From the NCBI GenBank assembly GCA_025352795.1, contig JANXSF010000020.1, forward strand, positions 130,879-194,878: a stretch of DNA of 64,000 bases. Direction: 5' to 3'. Below are positions 18,601 to 27,242 of the stretch, piece by piece. The DNA is from Acidobacteriota bacterium (GTDB lineage: Bacteria; Acidobacteriota; Terriglobia; Bryobacterales; Bryobacteraceae). The notes below the pieces were generated by a model. The model worked only from the letters and a program-made list of their open reading frames with translations. It was not told the DNA's origin and ran no database searches. Both the position numbers and the translations under genes were made by a program. Each line of letters begins with the position of its first letter. The first letter of the stretch is position 1.

Positions 18601-18605
18601 GGCAA

Positions 18606-18636
18606 CAAACACCGCTCCCTCGCGGTCACGGCTCGG
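18606..18636 (-). repeat. REP element (right flank of RAYT, inverted)
   Basis: CAAACACCGCTCCCTCGCGGTCACGGCTCGG is the reverse complement of the left REP except for one base (G/A). Confidence 0.8.
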
Positions 18637-18731
18637 TATCGAAATTTCCTCGCCTCCGCTGCGATGTCCATCACAGGGTGCCGTCGTGCATACCGCAGGA
18701 TTAGTAGATCGAAAATTCCCTCGCCACCGTT

Positions 18732-20003
18732 TTACTTTAAGGTCCATGAATGCATCTGGCCGGTAGGAATCGTCACCGTTGTTGACTGTTTGAATAACGA
18801 TGGCCCGGGCAGGTAACCCCGCCCCAATAGAAACACTTTGGCCACTCGGTCCACCTGGCAAACACCTGCTTCCTTTTCGCGATCAGCAGCCAGGCATTGA
18901 AAGCCGATCTCCCCAATTTGTTCAGCCGTTACTCCAGCAGGAAGCTCCACTGTGGTTCGGATCCAACCATCGCGCTCAATTGCCAAATCATTGCGTCCTA
19001 AATTCGCCATGTAAAATTCCGGCTTGTCTTTCAAGCGCACGATGGCCGCTGTGCGCGAACGTTGGTTCTTAATCTTCGCTTCAATAAAAATGTAGTGGCG
19101 AGGGTCACTGATTTTTTCTCCATCCACTTTGCCTGGGGGCCGAAGCTTGTTTTCTCGAATCAGTTCTTCAGCCATGACTCGCCAGGTAATGGGATGCTGG
19201 TCCATCACTAATTCCCTGCTGGCTGCTGTTAAATCGACTACGACTGGTGCCGGTTGGTAGCGCACGGCGGAAGGGCCTTCCCCTGCCACCATATTGTTTT
19301 GGGTGACCGGCATCAGCATTGGATGATCGCCTTCAAAGGGTCCGGCAAATGCCCCCTCGTTATGACCACGACCTTGAATCATGGCCGATTTACGGCTGCC
19401 TTGGGGGTCGAGAACAACTCGATAAACGAACTCAATATCTGTAGTGCGACCCCAGCGGGCCATCAAGCCTCGGGTGGAGGTGCCGCCGTCTTCGTTGGAA
19501 AAAATCACCGTATATTCCAGGACCGTTTCCCCTTCCACTCGCTTTTGTTCGCAATAGAGCACCAGTGGGATATCGGTATAAAGTCCTACAGCGGATTTCC
19601 GTTCATAGAGCATGGGAGCATGGCGTTCTACGATCCCATTGGATTGTTCAAACTTGGCGCTTTTCACGGTCAGCTCAGCATCTTTTGACGAGTAGATTGC
19701 GTTGCGGGTGATTTTCAAATGATGCGGACCAGCGGGAAGTTCCCCCAATAAGACCCGATACTGAAATGCCTGCGGACCGGCGAATAAAATGATCTGAAAC
19801 GGTCCTGCGCCGTCCACCTGTACTTGGGCCATGGCTGCTTCTTTGCCAGCCAGACTCCAGTTGGTATTGGGTGCAGCCATTTCCAAAACTGCAATGGCTT
19901 CGCCGGTTTGAGGGAGTGTGAATGGGAACGTCTGGGAAAAGGCGGATGCGGCAAACAGGAGGCAGCAAGAAAGCTGCATTGTGGAAAGTTCAAATAGTTT
20001 CAT
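18732..20003 (-). CDS. hypothetical exported protein (~423 aa)
   Basis: Long ORF. Start trimmed to MKLFELSTMQLSCCLLFAASAFSQ (signal peptide) so that it no longer overlaps the upstream gene. No motif recognised. Confidence 0.65.
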   Translation of the reverse strand: MKLFELSTMQLSCCLLFAASAFSQTFPFTLPQTGEAIAVLEMAAPNTNWSLAGKEAAMAQVQVDGAGPFQIILFAGPQAFQYRVLLGELPAGPHHLKITRNAIYSSKDAELTVKSAKFEQSNGIVERHAPMLYERKSAVGLYTDIPLVLYCEQKRVEGETVLEYTVIFSNEDGGTSTRGLMARWGRTTDIEFVYRVVLDPQGSRKSAMIQGRGHNEGAFAGPFEGDHPMLMPVTQNNMVAGEGPSAVRYQPAPVVVDLTAASRELVMDQHPITWRVMAEELIRENKLRPPGKVDGEKISDPRHYIFIEAKIKNQRSRTAAIVRLKDKPEFYMANLGRNDLAIERDGWIRTTVELPAGVTAEQIGEIGFQCLAADREKEAGVCQVDRVAKVFLLGRGYLPGPSLFKQSTTVTIPTGQMHSWTLK

Positions 20004-20016
20004 ACTAAAAATCCAT

Positions 20017-20484
20017 TTACTCGAAAACAATTTGAGCAATCACCAGTTGCGGCAGTGCTTGATTCCAGGTGGACGGAATGGTGTCGAATGGGAGCCTGAA
20101 CTCCCGTGTCTCCCCTGGTTTCAAAGGGCCGTTGCGAGCCTTCACCAATCCAACTTTTTCGCGAAATATGATTTGTCCGTTCGGGTCGGAAAAGACGCAG
20201 TTAAGATCCACCTGCTGCAATGGCCGATCACCCATGTTCCCGATTTTCCCCAAAATTTCCACTAACCGTTGGCTGGCAAAACTATCGGTGGCTTTCATTT
20301 CCACACCAGCCAGACGCAGGTTCTTTACATAGGCCTTTGATTCCTGGGATGCTGGCCCATCGACTGGTTTGGCAACAGGGCGAGTTAAATACCAGTCAGC
20401 TCCGCCACCGCAAAATAGAACAGCAATTGCTGCCACAATCGCTGCCACGGGCACACTGCGCTTTTCTTTAGACTGGCCAAGCAT
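20017..20484 (-). CDS. hypothetical membrane-anchored protein with beta-sandwich-like C-terminal domain
   Basis: N-terminal TM helix VPVAAIVAAIAVLFCGGGADWYL followed by a soluble domain of about 110 aa. Start at ATG 20484 lies just after the pmbA stop; 20502 is possible. Confidence 0.6.
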   Translation of the reverse strand: MLGQSKEKRSVPVAAIVAAIAVLFCGGGADWYLTRPVAKPVDGPASQESKAYVKNLRLAGVEMKATDSFASQRLVEILGKIGNMGDRPLQQVDLNCVFSDPNGQIIFREKVGLVKARNGPLKPGETREFRLPFDTIPSTWNQALPQLVIAQIVFE

Positions 20485-20491
20485 GACGCTA

Positions 20492-21844
20492 TTATTGCCC
20501 ACTAATCATCATTTCGCCAATGGCCAAGGTAGGGGAATTTACTGAACCGCGGAATTCCAGGTCACTTCCCACGTAGGCAATGTCCATCAGCATTTCTTTC
20601 AAATTTCCGGCAATGGTGATTTCTGAAACAGGATAGGCAATTTCACCACCTTCAATCCAAAGGCCCACCGCACCGCGCGAATAATCACCAGTGACAATGT
20701 TTACGCCGAAACCGATCAACTCCGTGACAAACAAACCGCGACCTATCGCTTTGAAAATTTGTTCCTGGGTTAATTCGCCTGGTTCCAAAAACAGGTTGCC
20801 ATGGCTGATAGACGGCGCGCCACTCAGCCCCCGTGAAGCGTTGCCAGTAGTCTTCATCCCCAGCTTTCGTCCGGTGTAGGTGTTGAGCATGTAATTCTTC
20901 AGGACGCCTTTTTCCAATATAGGAGTGCGTCGCGAAGTAACGCCTTCATCGTCATAAGGAGAAGTTCCGAATCGACCCACAAGCGTTGCGTCGTCAATCA
21001 AAGTCAACTTTTCGGATGCTACGCTTTGGCCCAGTTTATCCACAAAAAACGATGATTTGCGATAAATTGTTTCGCCGCTGGCGGCATCGAAAATATGTCC
21101 CAATAGGCTTGGTGCCAAGGTCCGGTCAAAAATGATGGGTGCTTTTTGAGTGTCGATCTTGCGAGCCCCCAACCGCCGTACCGCCCTTTCAGTAGCTTTT
21201 CGACCAACCGATTCCGGTGATTCCAACTTCGAAAACTGCCGAGCCATGGTGTACCAATAATCCCGCTCCATGCTGTCTCCCAACTTGGCCACCGGCGTGG
21301 TGCTCAAAGAACAGGAACTGGTTCGATAGCTTCCCACAAAGCCTCGTGAATTGGCAAACACGCGGGAACCGGCATAGGATCCGAATCCGGCACCTTCCGA
21401 ATTGGCGATTCGTTCATCGGCAGCCATGGCCGCAGCTTCTGCCTGACGGGCAATGGAAATTTTCTGTTCGGCAGGAACCAGTGCCGTCTCTTCGTAGAAC
21501 AGCTCCAGATCGCCTTCCAACTTTCCTAATTCTTCAGGATCGGGAAGCCCCGCAAACGGATCTTCGCTGGTAATATGAGCCAGTTCCAGAGCCGCCCGCA
21601 CCATTTGTTCCACGCCTTCTGGTGTCAAATCAGAAGTATAGGCCGACCCCTGTTTCTTCCCGATCAACACCCGCAGACCAACAGCTTTAGATCCGGCTTC
21701 TTTCAACTTCTCTACTTCGCCCTTGCGAACGGAAACACTAAATTCCGCCCCTTCCGACGCCGTGCATTCCGCATCGGTCGCCCCCAATGTCTGTGCCCGT
21801 TTTACGGCAGCAGCCACTAAATCCTCCAGCGGAGCGTTCCTCAA
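20492..21844 (-). CDS. pmbA: metalloprotease PmbA/TldE
   Basis: TldD/PmbA family pattern (...GNASRG..GAPSISHGNLFLEPG..., YSRGAVGLWIEGGEIAYPV). Proposed TTG start at 21844 overlaps the tldD stop (TTGA) and gives about 450 aa. The longer ORF to 21928 overlaps tldD. Confidence 0.85.
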   Translation of the reverse strand: MRNAPLEDLVAAAVKRAQTLGATDAECTASEGAEFSVSVRKGEVEKLKEAGSKAVGLRVLIGKKQGSAYTSDLTPEGVEQMVRAALELAHITSEDPFAGLPDPEELGKLEGDLELFYEETALVPAEQKISIARQAEAAAMAADERIANSEGAGFGSYAGSRVFANSRGFVGSYRTSSCSLSTTPVAKLGDSMERDYWYTMARQFSKLESPESVGRKATERAVRRLGARKIDTQKAPIIFDRTLAPSLLGHIFDAASGETIYRKSSFFVDKLGQSVASEKLTLIDDATLVGRFGTSPYDDEGVTSRRTPILEKGVLKNYMLNTYTGRKLGMKTTGNASRGLSGAPSISHGNLFLEPGELTQEQIFKAIGRGLFVTELIGFGVNIVTGDYSRGAVGLWIEGGEIAYPVSEITIAGNLKEMLMDIAYVGSDLEFRGSVNSPTLAIGEMMISGQ

Positions 21845-23271
21845 GCGGTGCCTCCCACGGTCATCTTGTCGATCTTGATGGTGGGAATTCCCACACCCAC
21901 AGGGACACTCTGCCCTTCCTTTCCACAAACACCTACCCCTTCATCCAGCTTCAAATCGTTACCAACCATGCTGACGTGTCGCATGGCTTCTGGACCGTTG
22001 CCGATGAGTGTTGCGCCTCGCACTGGGCGAGTGATTTTGCCATCTTCGATGAGGTAGCTTTCGGAAGCTGAAAACACGAAATTGCCACTGGTGATGTCTA
22101 CCTGTCCACCGCCAAAGGTTGTGCAATAAATACCCTTTTTGACCGACCTTACAATATCGCCAGGGTCACTTTCACCGGCCATCATAAAGGTGTTGGTCAT
22201 GCGCGGCATGGGTATGGCCTGATAACTTTCGCGTCGCCCGCTACCAGTTGATTTTCCGCCAGTAACTTGAGCCGACAGTTTGTCTGTAAGGTATCCCCGC
22301 AGTATCCCGTTTTCAATCAGGACATTCGATTGAGTCGGCGACCCCTCGTCGTCTACGTTCAAGGAACCTCGACGATTGGCCATAGTCCCGTCATCCACAA
22401 TCGTGCATAGCGGACTGGCCACCAATTGGCCGATTCGACCGGAAAACGCTGAAACACCTTTGCGATTGAAGTCCGCCTCTAAACCATGACCCACCGCTTC
22501 ATGCAGCAGAATTCCTGGCCAACCAGGCCCTAAAACTACCGTGGTTTCCCCGGCTGGTGCTTCCACCGCTTCCAGTTGCACTTGGGCCTGGCGTACCGCT
22601 TCCAACGCAAAATGTTCAGGAGTCTTTTCGTTCTGGAACCAGTTCAGATCCACTCTGCCACCGCCACCGTGATAGCCACTTTGCGGAGTGCCATCGCCTT
22701 CGCGGGCCAGCACGGTGACGTTCATGCGGGCCAGCGGTTGCCGGTCAAAGGAAATGGTTCCGTCGCTTGCAGCAATCAACACATGCTTCAATTGATCGGC
22801 ATAGGAAACCTGCACCTGGAAAACTCTTCCATCAGCCGAACGGGCGGCCTCATCGGCGCGTCGCACCAACGCTACCCGATCCATTAATGCTGTCTCATTC
22901 GGTGAGGTGAGCACAGGGTAAAGATCACGCTTCCCCATGGATTCCAGGGGAGTCTTCACTATCGATGCCGGCCCATTAGAGATACAGGCGGCCACACGAG
23001 CAGCTTGCATAATTTTATCGGGACTGAGATCGTCACTGTAGGCATACCCAGTGCGTTCGCCAGTGATTACGCGGACGCCGACGCCCAACGTGACGCCTTG
23101 CGTGGCATTTTTAAGAATGGATTCTTCCAGGCCGAGCGAGGAAGTGGAGACGTATTCAAAATATAGATCGGCATAATTGCCGCCTTTACTCAAGGCTTCA
23201 GCAAGGTAACGTTCCAGATCTGCGGCAGTGATGCCAAATTTTGTTGCAAAGAATGATTGGGGAAAACCCAT
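21841..23271 (-). CDS. tldD: metalloprotease TldD
   Basis: 476 aa with the HEAVGHGLEADF zinc motif and a family-typical C-terminus (GVGVCGKEGQSVPVG). Confidence 0.92.
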   Translation of the reverse strand: MGFPQSFFATKFGITAADLERYLAEALSKGGNYADLYFEYVSTSSLGLEESILKNATQGVTLGVGVRVITGERTGYAYSDDLSPDKIMQAARVAACISNGPASIVKTPLESMGKRDLYPVLTSPNETALMDRVALVRRADEAARSADGRVFQVQVSYADQLKHVLIAASDGTISFDRQPLARMNVTVLAREGDGTPQSGYHGGGGRVDLNWFQNEKTPEHFALEAVRQAQVQLEAVEAPAGETTVVLGPGWPGILLHEAVGHGLEADFNRKGVSAFSGRIGQLVASPLCTIVDDGTMANRRGSLNVDDEGSPTQSNVLIENGILRGYLTDKLSAQVTGGKSTGSGRRESYQAIPMPRMTNTFMMAGESDPGDIVRSVKKGIYCTTFGGGQVDITSGNFVFSASESYLIEDGKITRPVRGATLIGNGPEAMRHVSMVGNDLKLDEGVGVCGKEGQSVPVGVGIPTIKIDKMTVGGTA

Positions 23272-23308
23272 AGGTACTTCCCAGTTTAGCGCTCAATGTT
23301 GAGGGTGC

Positions 23309-24217
23309 CTAATGGAACGCTTCGGAGTCCATTAAATTTACCTTGGAAGCTACCAAAAGCTGCAAGTCTTCCCAATGGAAATCCGCTCGTTTGCGGTCGG
23401 CTTCAGGCAACATCATGGCTAGCGTTTGGCATTCGCTTTGCCAATCGGCATCGTCTCCTTTGGGAGGTAGAATGCCCAGCCCCATGGCATGACCTAAACC
23501 GCAGCAAAGTGCAATCAGCGCCGGGCAATCGAAAACACTCAGTTCCGGATCTGACTCTTTTCGACGGGCAATAACCCGTTCAAATAGCGGTGGCAGTTTC
23601 CATTTCTTCACCAACTCCAGGCCCGCCTCCTGATGATCAATGCCGTAGTTCGCCCGCTCCACGTCCACTAGCCGCATTGGATTGCCGGGAATGGTTTCTA
23701 AAAGGTCGGCATACTTTTGAGAATTGGTCGAAATCAGGGCAATGCGACCAATGTCGTGCAGCAAACCCGCCGTATACGCTTCTGCCGGGTCAATATAGAT
23801 TTTCTTGGCGATCTCTTCGGCCAAAACGGCCGTTGCCAGCGTATGTCTCCAGGTTTTGCGCAGCACCGGGGAATTGGCGCTCTTGCCCATGAATCCGCGC
23901 ATGCCAACGGTCAAGGCCAGGCCTTTGACGCGGTCCATCCCAATCATCGCCAAGGCCTGCCAGATGGAGCGAATTTCACAGGAGGCACCAATCATGGCGG
24001 AATTGGCCATTTGCAGCACTTCCAAAGAAAAAGTAGGATCGGAGCTGATGGAATCACTGATCTCCTTCAAACCAATCTCCTGCCGTTGCAATAGTTGAAG
24101 CAACTTTGTTACCACCATTGGCAGCGGCTTCAAATTGCGAATGATCTCTAAGCCATCCTTCCTGGTGGGGAGAGTTTTTGTGGGCGGAATCGCCATTCGA
24201 ACTGCGGAAACGATCAA
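23309..24217 (-). CDS. HDOD domain-containing signalling protein
   Basis: LPPLPMVVTKLLQLL-type N-terminus and GLLHDIGRIAL motif. 302 aa. Confidence 0.8.
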   Translation of the reverse strand: MIVSAVRMAIPPTKTLPTRKDGLEIIRNLKPLPMVVTKLLQLLQRQEIGLKEISDSISSDPTFSLEVLQMANSAMIGASCEIRSIWQALAMIGMDRVKGLALTVGMRGFMGKSANSPVLRKTWRHTLATAVLAEEIAKKIYIDPAEAYTAGLLHDIGRIALISTNSQKYADLLETIPGNPMRLVDVERANYGIDHQEAGLELVKKWKLPPLFERVIARRKESDPELSVFDCPALIALCCGLGHAMGLGILPPKGDDADWQSECQTLAMMLPEADRKRADFHWEDLQLLVASKVNLMDSEAFH

Positions 24218-24284
24218 GTGACCTTTGCTCCTCAGCTTTCTTATCGGAGCAGGTCAACGCTTTCCTTAAATCTTTTTTCGAAAT

Positions 24285-24316
24285 GAAAAAAGGGCAGACG
24301 CGGAGTCTACCCTTTT
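24285..24316 (-). terminator. probable rho-independent terminator of the ComEA-like gene
   Basis: The minus strand reads GGGTAGAC-TCCGC-GTCTGCCC (one mismatch) followed by TTTTTT, 24 nt after the stop at 24340. Confidence 0.55.
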
Positions 24317-24339
24317 CTGGCCACAACTAGAAAATCTAG

Positions 24340-24942
24340 CTACTGCTTGGCGACGATCTTCTCTTTCACTTTTTCATATTCAGCGTCGGTCAAAATACCC
24401 TTGGAGTTGAGTTGGTTCTTCATCTTGTAAGGACGACCCTGAATAATTTTCTGAGCCTGTGTATCGCTCACGCCCATTTCGCGTTTCAGGTCGGCAGCGC
24501 TGGCACGGTTAACGTCCAACTGGGTGGTGCCTTTGATTGCAGCTCCGGCCTTTTCCATGCCGTGTCCGGTCGCGTTGACCGTCTTTTTTGCCGCTGATTC
24601 GGTGGCATTGGCCGTTTTCTTTAAGCCAGTTTCCGTGGCGCTCAAGGTCTTAGAACCTGCTTCCTTGGTCACTTCCACGGTCTTTTTTGCTGCATTGCTA
24701 GTGGCTCCAGCAGCTTTCTTCGCTCCCGATTCAGTAGCTTTACCAGCGTCTTTGGTTACTTCCACCGTCTTCTTACCGGCTTCTTTGGTGACCTCAACAG
24801 TCTTTGAGGCGGCTTTATCGACTGCTTTGCCCACCTTACTGAGACCTTTTTCAGTCTTACCTTCTTCAGGCTTCTTGGCTTCCTGGGCCAGCATGGTGCT
24901 GGCAGCCAAAACAATACTCAGGAAAATGTTTAGTTGTTTCAT
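24340..24942 (-). CDS. exported repeat protein with C-terminal ComEA-like helix-hairpin-helix domain
   Basis: Start trimmed to MKQLNIFLSIVLAASTMLAQ. Internal repeats KKTVEVTKEAG/KKTVEVTKDAG/KKTVNATGHG. C-terminus DVNRASAADLKREMGVSDTQAQKIIQGRPY matches the ComEA HhH pattern. Confidence 0.7.
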   Translation of the reverse strand: MKQLNIFLSIVLAASTMLAQEAKKPEEGKTEKGLSKVGKAVDKAASKTVEVTKEAGKKTVEVTKDAGKATESGAKKAAGATSNAAKKTVEVTKEAGSKTLSATETGLKKTANATESAAKKTVNATGHGMEKAGAAIKGTTQLDVNRASAADLKREMGVSDTQAQKIIQGRPYKMKNQLNSKGILTDAEYEKVKEKIVAKQ

Positions 24943-25082
24943 AGACCTCTCTCGCTTTATACCAATGGTTGGTGAAATTCGCAAGCCTTTGGGATCACAT
25001 TTTCCCTGGGCTCACACTGATTGACGCCGCATGGCAGAAGAAGTTCCTCCCCAATTTACGGGATCATTGCATACTGAAAGGC

Positions 25083-26024
25083 ATGACTCGCCTGGTTTCC
25101 TTCCTGCTTGCAGCCCTTTGCCTGGCTGCACAAACGCCCGAACCTCCCCAAACAATCGAAATTATTAGTTCCAAAGATCATTCCAGACAACCGGCTCTGT
25201 TTTGGGCACCCGCTGCGGCCAAATCTGCCAAGCGACCATTGTTGGTCCATCTGCATAGTTGGTCGGCACACTATAACGAAAGTGACGGGTTACAGGTGGC
25301 CATTGAGCAGGCTCAAAAGCAGGGCTGGATCTTTATTGCTCCAGAATTTCGCGGGCCTAACGATCGTCCTGAAGCCGGTGCATCGCCATTGGCCATTGCA
25401 GACGTGTTGGATGCAGTGAAATACGCTGAAAAGAACAGCAAAGTGGATCGCCGCTATATTTATTTGTTAGGAGGGTCTGGTGGAGGACACATGGCCCTGG
25501 TGATGGCCGCCGCTGCCCCCAAAGTTTGGGCGGCGGTATCTGCCTGGGTCCCCATCACCGACCTGGCTGATTGGCACGCGTTTTCAAAGAAGACAGGATC
25601 GAAGTATGCGGCCATGATGGAAGCCTGTTGCGGCGGGACACCTGCCTATAAACCGCAGTGCTATAAGGAGAGGTCGCCACTATTTCATCTGAACAAGGCC
25701 AAGGGAATGCGCATCCAAATTGAGGTGGGTATTGAAGATGGGCACCAAGGGTCTGTACCAGTCAGCCAATCGCTGCGAGCGTTCAACGAACTGGTCAGAG
25801 TGAATGGATGGGACTCCAAGTTGATTCCCGAAGAAAGCATCGCCTACATTACGGAAAAGGCAAAGATTCCAGACCAGTTGGCTTCAGACTTGGCCATTGG
25901 CTTTCTCCGCAGATTCCCGGTGTTGTTTTATCGCAAAGCAGGACCGGTGGAACTGACCATTTTCGATGGCGGCCATGCCACCGATTTCGTATCAGCGGTG
26001 CGTTGGCTGGACTGGCACCGGTGA
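25083..26024 (+). CDS. exported alpha/beta hydrolase (S9 peptidase/esterase-like)
   Basis: Start trimmed to MTRLVSFLLAALCLAAQ. Nucleophile elbow LLGGSGGGHMAL (G-x-S-x-G). C-terminal D and H candidates (IEDGHQG, DGGHAT). Confidence 0.7.
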   Translation: MTRLVSFLLAALCLAAQTPEPPQTIEIISSKDHSRQPALFWAPAAAKSAKRPLLVHLHSWSAHYNESDGLQVAIEQAQKQGWIFIAPEFRGPNDRPEAGASPLAIADVLDAVKYAEKNSKVDRRYIYLLGGSGGGHMALVMAAAAPKVWAAVSAWVPITDLADWHAFSKKTGSKYAAMMEACCGGTPAYKPQCYKERSPLFHLNKAKGMRIQIEVGIEDGHQGSVPVSQSLRAFNELVRVNGWDSKLIPEESIAYITEKAKIPDQLASDLAIGFLRRFPVLFYRKAGPVELTIFDGGHATDFVSAVRWLDWHR

Positions 26025-26043
26025 CCGATTATCCGCAGAGGAG

Positions 26044-27177
26044 CTAGTACATCCAATCTACTTTGCCCGTGTCGATGTCGTAATATGCGCCCAACACTTT
26101 TAGACGACCCGATTCCACCATCTCTTTCAGCATCGGATCAGAGTTACGAAGTTGGCGGACCACATGATCGACATTGGTATGCACGGCATTGTCCACCAGA
26201 TCGCCACTAAGGTTCCTGGCTTTTTGGACAGCCGGCTCAATTTGCTTGACCAGGGCGGCAATGTGTCCACCGGCATCGCCTCCAGCCGCAGCGGCCTGGA
26301 CTGCTCCGCAACGTTTGTGTCCCATGACGATCACCAGGGGAACATTCAAGTGTTCCGCCGCATATTCAATGCTCGCCAATTCTGAGCTTCCGGCAATGTT
26401 GCCCGCTACCCGGATGACGAACAGGTCGCCCAAGCCTTTATCGAAAACTAATTCCGGCGGAACTCGTGAATCGGAACAAGTGAGAATAATGGCGTGCGGC
26501 TTTTGACCCTTAGCCACTTCCTCCAATCGACGGCGACTATGATGATCGTGATTATAGTCTGCTTCCATATGGCGTTCATTGCCTTTTTTCAGCTCATTGA
26601 GCGCTTCTTCCGCGGAGACTACCGGGGGGCTGGTAGGTGCGGAACGATGTGGGGCCGCTGCATGCGAAGCCGGGGAAGCTGTAGGTGCATGGGCATCGAT
26701 AGGCTGAGGCGGAGTTGACTGGGCCATTAATTGAACTGGAATCACGCCTTGCGCCGCCATGAAAGATGCTGCCGGAACCAGGACGTAGGCTGTGCCGTTG
26801 GCGTAAATCGCCGGGGGCAGCAGCACAGGGGCTGCAATCGGGGCTGCAACACTGGCTGCACGAACCCGGACAACTGCCTTAGGCTTGGCAACCGCTGCAT
26901 GGACCATGGGCTTGGCCGGTGCCGTGCGCTTCGGCTCAGGTGCCTTCACTTCAGCATGCGGCGCTGGTTTGGCTTCAGCTTTTACAGGTGCAGGCGGCGC
27001 GCCGTGCTCGGCTTTGGCAGCAGGCTTTGTTTCACCGTGACCTTTTTCCGCAGGCTTGGCTTCTACCTTCTTTTCGCTTCCATGCTCTGCAGGCTTGGGG
27101 CTTCCATGTTCCGCTGGCTTGGGATCGTTAGCCCAGACAGATACAGCCAATACCGCGAATAATCCTATTTTCTTCAT
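26044..27177 (-). CDS. exported beta-class carbonic anhydrase with long Pro/Ala/Lys/His-rich N-terminal region
   Basis: Start trimmed to MKKIGLFAVLAVSVWA. Beta-CA motifs CSDSRVPPE, FVIRVAGN and GHKRCGAV lie in the C-terminal ~190 aa. The N-terminal ~190 aa are low complexity (KPAEHGS repeats). Confidence 0.85.
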   Translation of the reverse strand: MKKIGLFAVLAVSVWANDPKPAEHGSPKPAEHGSEKKVEAKPAEKGHGETKPAAKAEHGAPPAPVKAEAKPAPHAEVKAPEPKRTAPAKPMVHAAVAKPKAVVRVRAASVAAPIAAPVLLPPAIYANGTAYVLVPAASFMAAQGVIPVQLMAQSTPPQPIDAHAPTASPASHAAAPHRSAPTSPPVVSAEEALNELKKGNERHMEADYNHDHHSRRRLEEVAKGQKPHAIILTCSDSRVPPELVFDKGLGDLFVIRVAGNIAGSSELASIEYAAEHLNVPLVIVMGHKRCGAVQAAAAGGDAGGHIAALVKQIEPAVQKARNLSGDLVDNAVHTNVDHVVRQLRNSDPMLKEMVESGRLKVLGAYYDIDTGKVDWMY

Positions 27178-27242
27178 CAGATTCTTCCTTGCACTCGTTA
27201 TAAGGTTCTCATCGACAGGGAACACAACGGGACGATATTTTT

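Larger units (their letters stand above)
18078..18636 (+). mobile_element. REP-RAYT-REP unit (domesticated IS200/IS605-like Y1 transposase bracketed by inverted REPs)
   Basis: A 31-nt sequence at 18078-18108 and its reverse complement at 18606-18636 (one mismatch) flank the HUH transposase-like ORF. The same sequence recurs at about 35090 and about 57245. Confidence 0.8.

Noticed and set aside
18442-18861. 139-aa minus-strand ORF
   Set aside because: It is antisense to the RAYT 3' end, crosses the right REP, and overlaps the 3' end of the 423-aa gene.
24524-25024. 166-aa plus-strand ORF
   Set aside because: It is an antisense reading of the repeat array of the ComEA-like gene. Its low-complexity Ala/Val/Phe sequence is generated by the repeats.
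25572-25587. Sigma-54 -24/-12 promoter candidates (TGGCAC at 25572, 8069 and 61363)
   Set aside because: All three lie inside coding sequences and lack TTGC at the correct 5-nt spacing. None sits upstream of a gene start on the right strand.
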